Shown here: positions 17,340 to 25,711 of the stretch, piece after piece
Position numbering within the stretch: position 1 is the stretch's first letter
How the letters are laid out: each line of letters opens with the position of its first letter
Virus record (IMG/VR): IMGVR_UViG_3300022744_000034
Coordinates: 1-54,186 of that record
From: a virus
Taxonomy: Duplodnaviria > Caudoviricetes
Reading direction: 5' to 3' (one strand)
Length of the DNA stretch: 54,186 nt
Translations under genes and position numbers: made by a program
The notes under the pieces: generated by a model
The model's database searches: none
Told to the model about the DNA's origin: nothing
The model's input: the letters and a program-made list of their open reading frames with translations, nothing else

Positions 17340-17757
17340 TCGATAGCAAACACCTATCGACAAGGAAGCTCGGGCACAAGGCATGGCCCATCGACCGCAA
17401 GGCAAGGCCATGCCAAGTGCATCCAGCCGCATGCCGAATCAATAAAAGTGTGACAGATTGCACAACTTTTAAGCAAACAGGCAAAAGTCCTTTCGGCAAG
17501 CCCTGCAAGCCTGCAAGCCAGTAACTGCAAGGCTTTGAGCCTCTTTCTCTATATAAGAAACTGTCACACTTATATATAAAAAGATTTGGTTGATTCTTTA
17601 GAGAGTAAATACAGAAAAAAATTAGAGGGCAACAAGCAAACGACTTGCCGAAACCCCCACTCCCCGCATCCTCGAAAAAAGTGTGACAGTTTCGAGGCTA
17701 ACCCCTTGATTTATAAGGGACCGACCTATCTGTGACAACCTGCACAATTTTTGTGCA
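17340..17757. promoter_or_regulatory. AT-rich element with TGTGACA repeats and an IHF site (origin- or packaging-site-like)
   Basis: AAGTGTGACAG at 17446 and 17679, inverted copy at 17557-17571, partial at 17731; IHF consensus TAACCCCTTGATT at 17699-17711. Confidence 0.55.
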
Positions 17758-17776
17758 GCCTTTATTGGAGAAGACC

Positions 17777-17950
17777 ATGAGCAAGTACCAGGGCTTGACA
17801 AGCATCTTGAAAAGTGCCTTGACCATTCAGCAGGACCTAGGCACGCCCGCTGCCGCAACCTTCCTCCGCGACAACAAGGTCAGCATGTGCATCGCCTTGT
17901 ACATGCTTGCAAGGAAGCCGAGCAAAGCCGAAAGCAAAGGGAAAAGGTGA
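17777..17950 (+). CDS. Small hypothetical protein
   Basis: TTATTGGAGA RBS; 57 aa. Confidence 0.65.
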   Translation: MSKYQGLTSILKSALTIQQDLGTPAAATFLRDNKVSMCIALYMLARKPSKAESKGKR

Positions 17951-17955
17951 CTCCC

Positions 17956-18180
17956 ATGCTCAGAACCTACATCCGCCCGCACCTTGAAGAAGGCGCGCTC
18001 CTGACTCGGTACGGGCACGATACCGACTCCCTATCAAAGGCAAAGGCCCGCATCGAGCGCCTGAGCCGTTCAACGACCCTGGACGAGGCCGAGATACGCG
18101 CCGTCATGAAAAACGGCTCTGAGCGGCTCCTGGCGGTACTGAGCAACGGTCTAGTCATCACCATAGGGCCGGAACAATGA
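17956..18180 (+). CDS. Small hypothetical protein
   Basis: Coupled to neighbours; alternative start GTG 17947. Confidence 0.55.
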   Translation: MLRTYIRPHLEEGALLTRYGHDTDSLSKAKARIERLSRSTTLDEAEIRAVMKNGSERLLAVLSNGLVITIGPEQ

Positions 18181-18503
18181 AATACCTGCCACCCGGAACA
18201 CTGACCAAAGCCCGAAGAAGGGCACGACTTGAAGGTGCCCTTGCAGCAACCTTGGCGATCGCCCTGCTAGGGGTCGTGCTCGTGGCCGCGACGCCAAGAG
18301 AGTTCTACACGTCCGCCCAAGCAAGCCCGACCCCGAGACCCCAAGAACCCTACAGGCACGAGCGCCACGCACTCCCACCTTGCACGGACATGCATGCAAA
18401 GGATTGCATGCAAGACCCAATCCCTATCCCCGAGCCCGGCACAGCAAGCCTCATAGGCGCGGCACTTGCCGGTGCCCTCTATACAAGTAGGAGGACAAAA
18501 TGA
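18177..18503 (+). CDS. Small PEP-CTERM sorting-signal protein
   Basis: N-terminal basic plus hydrophobic segment; C-terminal IPEPGTASLIGAALAGALYTSRRTK (PEP motif, TM helix, basic tail). Confidence 0.75.
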   Translation: MKYLPPGTLTKARRRARLEGALAATLAIALLGVVLVAATPREFYTSAQASPTPRPQEPYRHERHALPPCTDMHAKDCMQDPIPIPEPGTASLIGAALAGALYTSRRTK

Positions 18504-18811
18504 GTACCTTAAGCAGACTACAAGCCCATTTGGCTGCACCAGAAATCAAGCCGTTGGAGCAGGGTCGCGAATACAAAAGCCTTGCCCCGCACGTGAAGTG
18601 TGCAGACGGCAGCACCATGAGCGTTCAGGCCAGCGAATATCACTACTGCAACCCACGTGACAATTACGGTCCGTACCTGCACGTGGAAGTGTGGAATTGC
18701 GGCATCGTAGATGCGTGGGCGGAGTTTGTAGGCGACGAGGACCCCTATGCTTTCGTCCCAATTGCACTTGTGGCGGCCGAAATTGACCGTCACGGCGGCT
18801 TCGCAAACTGA
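18500..18811 (+). CDS. Conserved-type phage hypothetical protein
   Basis: CADG.TMSVQASEYHYC.PR...PY..VEV...IDRHGG; AGGAGG RBS. Confidence 0.75.
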   Translation: MSTLSRLQAHLAAPEIKPLEQGREYKSLAPHVKCADGSTMSVQASEYHYCNPRDNYGPYLHVEVWNCGIVDAWAEFVGDEDPYAFVPIALVAAEIDRHGGFAN

Positions 18812-18839
18812 CACAAAGCACGTTTTACAGGAGAAAGAG

Positions 18840-18932
18840 ATGGACATCATCAAATACAAAATCGTGGCAGCAATCACCGCCTTGGTCATCCTGTATGGAA
18901 GGTTCAGAGGCATGCGCATCGAGGACGAGTAG
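18840..18932 (+). CDS. 30-aa single-TM peptide
   Basis: ACAGGAGA RBS; MDIIKYKIVAAITALVILYGRFRGMRIEDE. Confidence 0.5.
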   Translation: MDIIKYKIVAAITALVILYGRFRGMRIEDE

Positions 18933-18934
18933 CC

Positions 18935-19093
18935 ATGACGAAAGAGCAAACCGCCTGCCGCTCCTGCGCCCATCTGGAAGTGCGCAGGAGCCCACACTCT
19001 GAAAGCCGTGTGTGTCTGAAAGGCAAGCACCAACCTTGCCAGTGGCACAGACCGGCCACGGCACCGATTCCTGGCGCACCGACGCCAGCCTAG
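18935..19093 (+). CDS. 52-aa Cys-rich peptide
   Basis: Manual translation MTKEQTACRSCAHL...VCLKGKHQPCQWH. Confidence 0.45.
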   Translation: MTKEQTACRSCAHLEVRRSPHSESRVCLKGKHQPCQWHRPATAPIPGAPTPA

Positions 19094-19168
19094 AGCACGC
19101 CGCTCTGACGTATCACTTGACTAACTATTCGTTACCTTGTGTGTGGACAACGTCAGGGCGGCACCTAT

Positions 19169-19234
19169 CAAGAACCCAAGGCAAGAACCCAAGGCAAGAA
19201 CCCAAAGCAGGAACCAAAGCAGGAACCAAAGCAG
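19169..19234 (+). repeat. Five 12-13 bp tandem repeats CA(A/G)GAACC(C)AA(G/A)G
   Basis: Read directly; lies just before the RBS of the next gene. Confidence 0.9.
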
Positions 19235-19256
19235 TATCTTTACAGGAGAAAAGACC

Positions 19257-21269
19257 GTGGCAAGACAATTCAACGAAGGCGACCGTGTCGTCGTCACCCG
19301 CAAAATCAACCCCGGCGAGGTCAACCCGGAAACGGGCGAGCGGTGTACCTGCGACTGGCTTGACGAGATGGACGACCTTGTCGGCCAAGAGCTAAAAGTG
19401 TGTTTTCACGGGCAGATGTCGAACCTTGGCGTCTGCATCGGGGCGCCTTCTGGCAAGACGTACTTTTTCCCGGCGTGGCTCGTCCAACACGTTGAAGATG
19501 AAGATGACAGACTTGAACAGGAAACCAAGTTGAGTCCGGAGCAGGCGCACGAGGAAAACTACGGCCGACTGTTCAACACCGTCTCCAACATCTGGGACTG
19601 GCGCGCCACGAACGCTTATTTCAACGACAGAAACATGCTTCTCAACCTTGTTCGTGCGAAGATTCAGCAAGTTGCGCGTGAAGCAAACTATCTGGCCTGG
19701 AAGCGCAGGCGAGCGGAAAAGCGCGAAGCCCTGAAGCTCCAGCTCGAAGCGCGCCCCGACCTTTACAGAAAGCGGAACGCTAAGAAGTGGTCAGGGCCGA
19801 AACAGCGCCTAGCAGGCGAAAAGGTCAAGCGCGTCGTCAAAGAACTGACTGCGTGGGCCGAGGGACGCAATCCGCAGGCACAGATCGGCCTTTTGTATGA
19901 GATCTACCGCACCCTCCCGCGTCAGGTGACGCTTAAATTGCCGCAGAAGGTAATCGAAGCGGGTGAAAGGTACTCCATGCAAAGGGGCGCGGCCTACAAG
20001 CCCGCCTGGGTCGCGCCCCTGCCTAACGGCGTCGAGGTGTTCAACAACACCCTCGTGCGTGTCTCCGACGACGACCTGACCAAGGTCTGTTATATCCAGA
20101 ACCTGACCAAGTTGATGCACGGCGACGACGGCCTGTGGACGCGCATCAAGCCGGGCCGCTTCCTCGCCAAGTTTCATCCTGAGTTGAGCGAGGACGAGAT
20201 CCGCAAATGGGCTGAGAAGCACGAGGCGGAGCACGCTCCGGTCCAGTTGAAGTTCATCGAGAACACGGACCCGGACGGGTGGGAGCGCGTGTACGAATCC
20301 GCGAGCGGATTCTCGTCCTGCATGCAATACGATCTCCCCAAATGTCGCTATCTGCACTACCTTGCTCACGGCGAGGACCACCCTGTGCGCAGTTACGCCT
20401 ATCCCGGCAACGGCCTGCGCCTAGCCTACATCGGCGAGGATGACAAGGTCTATGCCCGCACCATCGTCCGCGACGACGACGGGAAAAAAGGCTACATCCG
20501 CATCTTCGGCGACAGCCGCATCCACCTCGCCTTGGAGAAGGCGGGCTATAGCAATGAAGTTGACCTTCAAGGGGTCAAGATCGCGCACCGTGAAGCGAGT
20601 TGGGATAGAGGCTTGCTGCTTGTCCCGTATCTGGATTCGATCGGCAGCGTCAGCGACGAGGGCGACCACCTGGTGATCAGCCGATACGGCGAGATCAGTG
20701 CTACGGAATCGAGTGGGGTTGTGTCGCGCTATTTATGCGATCGATGCAACAGCGCTGTCGACGAGGATGAGACGCACTACTCGGAATACGAGAACACGTC
20801 GTACTGCATCCACTGCAAGGGCGACTTCGTGACCGCTGTCGTACATGTTGGCCGGTACGGCGAAGAGCGTGACGCTGTGCTCAGAGACAACGCGATCGAG
20901 GTCGGCGGCACGTGGTATGCGAACGACGAAGATTTGTTGGAAAAGGCGGGGCTCGTCAAGTGCGTGGAGTGTGACGAGTGGGAGGACGAGGATAACGTGA
21001 TAGAAACGTCGCGTGGATTCATCTGCGGCTGCACCGACCTAGTTGAACTCGATGAAGAGGACGACAACGGAAACACGTGGGCGCACCCGGGCGATGCCGT
21101 GAAGGCGCTGGGCCTGCCCGACCTGACCGAAGTCTGGCTGCACGAGGACAAGGAGTTCGACGACACCGGCCTGTCCGACTGCGAGGGCTATGTCCTGCCG
21201 CAAAGCGAAGCCCACCTTGCAATGGTTGCCTCGACGCAGCCGGCCGAACTCAACCTTGAAGCAGCATGA
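19257..21269 (+). CDS. Large early protein of unknown function with C-terminal CxxC motifs and an acidic tail
   Basis: ACAGGAGA RBS before GTG 19257; central KPGRFL...SSCM...LRLAY...ARTIV...YIRIFG...PYLD; CDRC, CIHC, CVEC. Confidence 0.75.
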   Translation: MARQFNEGDRVVVTRKINPGEVNPETGERCTCDWLDEMDDLVGQELKVCFHGQMSNLGVCIGAPSGKTYFFPAWLVQHVEDEDDRLEQETKLSPEQAHEENYGRLFNTVSNIWDWRATNAYFNDRNMLLNLVRAKIQQVAREANYLAWKRRRAEKREALKLQLEARPDLYRKRNAKKWSGPKQRLAGEKVKRVVKELTAWAEGRNPQAQIGLLYEIYRTLPRQVTLKLPQKVIEAGERYSMQRGAAYKPAWVAPLPNGVEVFNNTLVRVSDDDLTKVCYIQNLTKLMHGDDGLWTRIKPGRFLAKFHPELSEDEIRKWAEKHEAEHAPVQLKFIENTDPDGWERVYESASGFSSCMQYDLPKCRYLHYLAHGEDHPVRSYAYPGNGLRLAYIGEDDKVYARTIVRDDDGKKGYIRIFGDSRIHLALEKAGYSNEVDLQGVKIAHREASWDRGLLLVPYLDSIGSVSDEGDHLVISRYGEISATESSGVVSRYLCDRCNSAVDEDETHYSEYENTSYCIHCKGDFVTAVVHVGRYGEERDAVLRDNAIEVGGTWYANDEDLLEKAGLVKCVECDEWEDEDNVIETSRGFICGCTDLVELDEEDDNGNTWAHPGDAVKALGLPDLTEVWLHEDKEFDDTGLSDCEGYVLPQSEAHLAMVASTQPAELNLEAA

Positions 21270-21280
21270 AGGAGAAAACC

Positions 21281-22282
21281 ATGTTTCAACAACGTATCGA
21301 TACCGAAGTCAAGACCCTGCTCGACATGCTGACCTACAAGCGCCCGGCCTACAGCGAGGGCGAGGAAGCGTTCCTAGACAAGTTCGTCAGACCCTATGCG
21401 ACCCACCCCAACGTCACTACCGCGTGGACGGACGAGAGCGGGAACCTGTTCTTTGAAGTGTCAGGTGGAAGCCCGCAGCTTTTCACCTGCCACAGCGACA
21501 CCGTACATGCAAAAAGCATGTCCGACACGCCCGAATCGTTCAAGCAGACCGTGCTCTACGACGCGAACATGATGCTGGCCTACAAGGACGACGGGCTCCC
21601 GCTGGGCGCCGACGACGGCGCCGGGGTTTGGCTCTGCATGCAGATCATCGAGGCCGGCTTGCCCTGCACCGTGGCCGTGTTCAGGGCCGAAGAGCGGGGC
21701 GGGGTCGGGAGCAGCGCCAGTGCCGAAGCCTCGCCCGACTTCTACCGCCAGTTTGATTCCGCCGTAGCATTCGATCGCCGTGGCGCGTCTGACATCATCA
21801 CTCACCAGGCGGCCGGGCGCTGCGCCTCTGATGCGTGGGCGATGGCATTGGCCGACCAACTGGATGCACTCGGCCTGGACTATGCGCCGTGCAATGGCGG
21901 GATCTTCACCGATACCGCGAACCTGACGCATCTGATCCCCGAGTGCTCGAACATCTCGGTGGGCTATGAGAACGAGCACAGCGGGAACGAGACCCTGGAC
22001 GTGGCCCACCTGCTCGCCCTGCGCGATGCCGTGCTCAACGTCGAGTGGTCGGCCTTGCCGACCACTCGGGACCCGAACAAGGTCGACGTGTTGGACGCCT
22101 TCGCCCGTGGCGACGTGCTCTTCCGGGCAGACTTCAACAACAACGAAGAGGGCTATGAGCCGACGATCTACACGGTCGAGGACGTGATCCACATGAGCCA
22201 GGCGGAAATGGTCGACGCTGCAGCCCTGTACCCGGACGAGTTCGCGGCCGCCGTCTATCAACTCATCAACGAGGAATTTTGA
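21281..22282 (+). CDS. M28/M20-clan zinc peptidase
   Basis: HSDTV, LGADDGAG, AEERG, AFDRRG, FTDT, GYENEH metal-ligand motifs. Confidence 0.85.
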   Translation: MFQQRIDTEVKTLLDMLTYKRPAYSEGEEAFLDKFVRPYATHPNVTTAWTDESGNLFFEVSGGSPQLFTCHSDTVHAKSMSDTPESFKQTVLYDANMMLAYKDDGLPLGADDGAGVWLCMQIIEAGLPCTVAVFRAEERGGVGSSASAEASPDFYRQFDSAVAFDRRGASDIITHQAAGRCASDAWAMALADQLDALGLDYAPCNGGIFTDTANLTHLIPECSNISVGYENEHSGNETLDVAHLLALRDAVLNVEWSALPTTRDPNKVDVLDAFARGDVLFRADFNNNEEGYEPTIYTVEDVIHMSQAEMVDAAALYPDEFAAAVYQLINEEF

Positions 22283-22434
22283 TGTTCTACGTAGCAACCA
22301 ATCAGGGTTTTGTGGGAGAGCGCAAGCCTGTCATCAACGTGCGATGGGCCAAGAACTTCGATTCGTTCGATGAGGCGGACGGGTTCGCCCGCTACATCGG
22401 GCTTCGTTACTATGCTGTGCTCAGGAGTTGCTGA
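22282..22434 (+). CDS. 50-aa hypothetical protein
   Basis: TGATG coupling; MFYVATNQGFVGERK... Confidence 0.5.
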   Translation: MFYVATNQGFVGERKPVINVRWAKNFDSFDEADGFARYIGLRYYAVLRSC

Positions 22435-22435
22435 C

Positions 22436-22663
22436 ATGGTCGAACTCGCTGGTTTCATCATCACCTTCGTAGCCGTCCCGCTGTGCTGCATCATGGAGCA
22501 CCATGACCTCGACAACCACCTGATGGTCGAGTATTTCGACAGGTGGCAGGAAGACCTTGAAGAAGACCTGTGGTCGGGCGACGAGAAGTCGGTGCGCGAG
22601 GCTCAAATTCGCTGCGCAGGCTGGGACTTGTTCTTTGCTGTGCGTTTGGACCGTGCGAGATAA
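22436..22663 (+). CDS. Small hypothetical protein
   Basis: AGGAG RBS before ATG 22436. Confidence 0.5.
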   Translation: MVELAGFIITFVAVPLCCIMEHHDLDNHLMVEYFDRWQEDLEEDLWSGDEKSVREAQIRCAGWDLFFAVRLDRAR

Positions 22664-22668
22664 AGAAG

Positions 22669-22872
22669 ATGATCGACAACTTTTACATCGTCACCGACAT
22701 GGACGGCAAGATGCCGATGCTGTGCCGGGGCACGCCGAGCCATCCTGGAATGCCGAAGATGGCGTGGGTGAAGTACGTGTCTGATCGGCCGGTGGAGGCC
22801 AAGCCGTACAACGGCCAGGACACGGTCTGCAGATTACTATCTGCAGGAATTTCTCGCCTTGCACGTCGGTAA
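22669..22872 (+). CDS. Small hypothetical protein
   Basis: MIDNFYIVTDMDGK...; fills the operon. Confidence 0.45.
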   Translation: MIDNFYIVTDMDGKMPMLCRGTPSHPGMPKMAWVKYVSDRPVEAKPYNGQDTVCRLLSAGISRLARR

Positions 22873-22923
22873 GAAGACGTGTGGCGGGCGGGACATGCCG
22901 CTTTTTAAAGGGAAGATCATCAA

Positions 22924-23277
22924 ATGAAAGCGATCGATTTCACTGCCGACAACGGCCTCAGGTACAAGGCGCGGCTCCTGACGGGCACCGACAGGTTTGG
23001 CCTGAGCGGCTGCCTGAATCACCTGCGTAAGCACACCAGGGGGCCTGTAGTCGAGTTCTACGTGCAGACCGGCGACATGGTGCATAAAGACCTTGCCTGG
23101 GCCGGCGTCGATGAGCCCTGGTACTTCGTCAGCCGCTACTACCTGAGCAGTTATCGCGGCAATCAAGATCGCCGGCACACCGGCCTGTGCCTGAGCGGCT
23201 ATGAACCCGAGTTCAACCTGAGCGCAGACGACTGCGCCTTCGTTGACCTGTGGCTGAAGAAGGTTCATGGCGTCTAG
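22924..23277 (+). CDS. Hypothetical phage protein
   Basis: GDRFG-like, VEFY, FVSRYYL and GLCL.G..P motifs seen in phage early proteins. Confidence 0.7.
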   Translation: MKAIDFTADNGLRYKARLLTGTDRFGLSGCLNHLRKHTRGPVVEFYVQTGDMVHKDLAWAGVDEPWYFVSRYYLSSYRGNQDRRHTGLCLSGYEPEFNLSADDCAFVDLWLKKVHGV

Positions 23278-23290
23278 GATCTGTAACCGG

Positions 23291-23335
23291 CAACACACAC
23301 ACACACAACGGGCCACGCTTGCTGTGGCCCTCTTT
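23291..23335 (+). terminator. (CA)n tract followed by a hairpin and T-run
   Basis: CAACACACACACACACAAC then GGGCCAC...GTGGCCC TCTTT. Confidence 0.45.
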
Positions 23336-23350
23336 ATTTGGAGAAAGACA

Positions 23351-23587
23351 ATGAAAGTCTGGGTCGTTGTTTACGACAATAAGTACGGGGCCGACTGCAT
23401 GGCGTTTGATAGCCTAGAGAAGGCGCGTGCGCAGCGTGTGCACATAGCTAACTCCTATTGGGACAAGGACATGCCTAGTGAGGCTGTTAAGCCTGAAGAC
23501 GCTGAGATAATGGCCGATGCTTATTTCGACTACGTACGTGACTTTCTTGGCGAAACTTTAAGCATCTGCGAATACACCGTAAAGTAA
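23351..23587 (+). CDS. Hypothetical protein, flanked by a 20-bp direct repeat
   Basis: TTATTTGGAGAAAGACAATG precedes both this gene and the next. Confidence 0.7.
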   Translation: MKVWVVVYDNKYGADCMAFDSLEKARAQRVHIANSYWDKDMPSEAVKPEDAEIMADAYFDYVRDFLGETLSICEYTVK

Positions 23588-23620
23588 ACTAGGTTAGCTG
23601 TACTTATTTGGAGAAAGACA

Positions 23621-24010
23621 ATGCACAACTATCATACCCGTGTCCTCGTCCTCAATTACAGCGACGAGGACATGCCGCAATTCGAAACGCAAAAGGAAAT
23701 CGACGCCTGGTATCAGGCCGTGGGCCGAATGGTGCTCTACGGCATGCGCAAGGACGCGGCCGAGGGCACGATCCAGCTTGTGACAGCAAGGCTGAGCAAG
23801 AGCCCGACCGAACTGTGTGCTTCGTATTACCCGACGCTGCCCGCCTGCGCCGAGAAATGCTCGGACGGTTTTGGGCGCTACATCGGCAGCATGTCCGAGG
23901 TCGTGGACAATCTCACGGACCAACTTCACGAGCGTAGCCAAGAGCAAGGCCGTGCCTTCGTCATGGGCGCCGTGCTGCATTCGGACGGCACGTGGGGCTT
24001 TCATAGTTAA
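23621..24010 (+). CDS. Hypothetical protein
   Basis: GGAGA RBS; ends FVMGAVLHSDGTWGFHS. Confidence 0.7.
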   Translation: MHNYHTRVLVLNYSDEDMPQFETQKEIDAWYQAVGRMVLYGMRKDAAEGTIQLVTARLSKSPTELCASYYPTLPACAEKCSDGFGRYIGSMSEVVDNLTDQLHERSQEQGRAFVMGAVLHSDGTWGFHS

Positions 24011-24036
24011 CTGCCAGATTTACAGGAGAGAACCAA

Positions 24037-24231
24037 GTGACGGAAAATATTCTCGGCGTCGTGCAGATCGAGGTCGACGACCCGATCCGTGTCGCGATGG
24101 GCGACTGCCCGCAAGCCGTGCGAACAGTGGTCATCACGACCGAACACATGGGTGTGCGCCGCAAGCACACCATCAACCTGTACGGCAGGCGCGTACAGGA
24201 CCTTGAATTGCTGGCTTTGACGGAGAGTTGA
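24037..24231 (+). CDS. Hypothetical protein
   Basis: ACAGGAGA RBS. Confidence 0.6.
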   Translation: MTENILGVVQIEVDDPIRVAMGDCPQAVRTVVITTEHMGVRRKHTINLYGRRVQDLELLALTES

Positions 24232-24232
24232 A

Positions 24233-24490
24233 ATGGAAACGATTACGGTGAATGGCGTCGACTGCAAAGTGGACCTTCGATGGGACGGCGACGTGGTTGA
24301 TGTGTATGACATCAACGGCGACCCGGTTGCGTCAGCCGAGTATGCCCATGGTACGGAACAGGTCTATTACAGTTACATCGGCGATGAAGGTATGATGGAC
24401 GAGTTCGACGGCGTATCAGCCGACCTGTTTCACAACTTCGCGCCGCTGCAGGTGGCGCAGTGGTTGTGCGCTACCCACCCGGAGAACTAA
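24233..24490 (+). CDS. Acidic hypothetical protein
   Basis: GGAGA RBS; 85 aa. Confidence 0.65.
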   Translation: METITVNGVDCKVDLRWDGDVVDVYDINGDPVASAEYAHGTEQVYYSYIGDEGMMDEFDGVSADLFHNFAPLQVAQWLCATHPEN

Positions 24491-24491
24491 G

Positions 24492-24644
24492 ATGACGACC
24501 CTGGATTGGCAGGAAGCCTTCGCCACGTGCCTGGAGAACCTGATCCACACTCGGCAGGAACTCCAGGCACTGCGCGAGGATTACGAGGACGTGTGCGATG
24601 AACTGGCCGAGTTGCGGGCCGAGATCGAGATGATGGAGGTTTGA
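24492..24644 (+). CDS. 50-aa coiled-coil peptide
   Basis: Manual translation MTTLDWQEAF...ELRAEIEMMEV; GGAGA RBS. Confidence 0.6.
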   Translation: MTTLDWQEAFATCLENLIHTRQELQALREDYEDVCDELAELRAEIEMMEV

Positions 24645-24645
24645 G

Positions 24646-24843
24646 ATGCCAAAATACCTAGTGGAAGTCAGATGGCTCACGAAGCACGTGGAGCGGGCGA
24701 CGGTCGAAGTTGAAGCGGACGATGCGCGCAGCGCGGAAGATATCGCGTATGAAATGGTGCTTGATGATGCTCTAACTTTCGATGGGAGCGACGAGATTGT
24801 GGATGGAGAATACTTCACTGAAACCATAGAGGAACTGAAGTGA
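24646..24843 (+). CDS. Small acidic hypothetical protein
   Basis: GGAGG RBS; VEVEADD..SAEDIA pattern. Confidence 0.7.
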   Translation: MPKYLVEVRWLTKHVERATVEVEADDARSAEDIAYEMVLDDALTFDGSDEIVDGEYFTETIEELK

Positions 24844-25067
24844 ACTACAACGTAGAAACCCTGTTTACCCCGAACATGGAGCTATCTGGCGAGTACCATA
24901 CAGACTGCAATGACATGCTCGAAGAAATCGCCTCACTCCGCGCCCAGGTCGCCACGCTCACCGAGACCATCGCCTCAGCATCCGCTGCGCTCGCATCGGC
25001 TCCTGCATGGCACCAGGGGATTAGGGATGCCATTGATACGCTGAAGAACTACGAGGTGAAGAAATGA
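24840..25067 (+). CDS. Hypothetical protein
   Basis: GTGA and ATGA overlaps with neighbours. Confidence 0.6.
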   Translation: MNYNVETLFTPNMELSGEYHTDCNDMLEEIASLRAQVATLTETIASASAALASAPAWHQGIRDAIDTLKNYEVKK

Positions 25068-25711
25068 GCACGGCAAACGAAAGATCGCTTGCGCTTGCAG
25101 AAGTGAAGGCTGATCTGATGGAGCAATGCCGCTTGCTTGGCGAACAGGAATTGAAGCACCTTGCACAGATCGAATCGCTTGAGCATGAGCGCGACGCCCT
25201 TCGCGCTGAACTAGATGCGCTGAGGGTGCAGAGACCGTTTGACGCAGAAGAAGCGCCATTTCGTTCTGCATTCGAAGCGTGCATCAAAGACGGCCAGTGG
25301 CCAGTAAAACGAAAGGGTGAAGGGTACAGGTCACCGATGACTCAAATGGCGTTTGAGATCGCTTTTTGTGTAGTTAATAAACTCAAATTATACGCCCGCC
25401 ACATCCCTGCGCAGAGCGTGTGCGGAGATCGGGAGGAACATGCAATGAACGAAATCAACAACGGCGGCCCCCGCGTAACGGTTGAACACGGCGAATATCC
25501 AATGCTGTGTTCTGGTATGACGCTGCGCGACTACTTCGCAGCGAAGATCGACATGACCGACGTTCCAATTAGCGCGTTTGAAGCGCTGATCGGAGAGTTC
25601 CCGTCATACGCATCTCCGAAAGACAAGCAGGACTGGCATGCAAAAGGCGAGGCGGCTTTCAGGTTTCACAGGGCCGACGCCATGCTCAAAGCACGGGAGG
25701 CGAAGTCGTGA
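25064..25711 (+). CDS. Mosaic hypothetical protein (coiled coil plus GMTLRDYFAA...ADAML domain)
   Basis: Motif read from translation; internal GGAGG before MNEINNGGP. Confidence 0.7.
   Translation: MSTANERSLALAEVKADLMEQCRLLGEQELKHLAQIESLEHERDALRAELDALRVQRPFDAEEAPFRSAFEACIKDGQWPVKRKGEGYRSPMTQMAFEIAFCVVNKLKLYARHIPAQSVCGDREEHAMNEINNGGPRVTVEHGEYPMLCSGMTLRDYFAAKIDMTDVPISAFEALIGEFPSYASPKDKQDWHAKGEAAFRFHRADAMLKAREAKS

Noticed and set aside
15662-19234. CRISPR or guide-RNA array in the tandem repeats
   Set aside because: Repeats are head-to-tail without unique spacers; no cas or Nop-domain gene seen.
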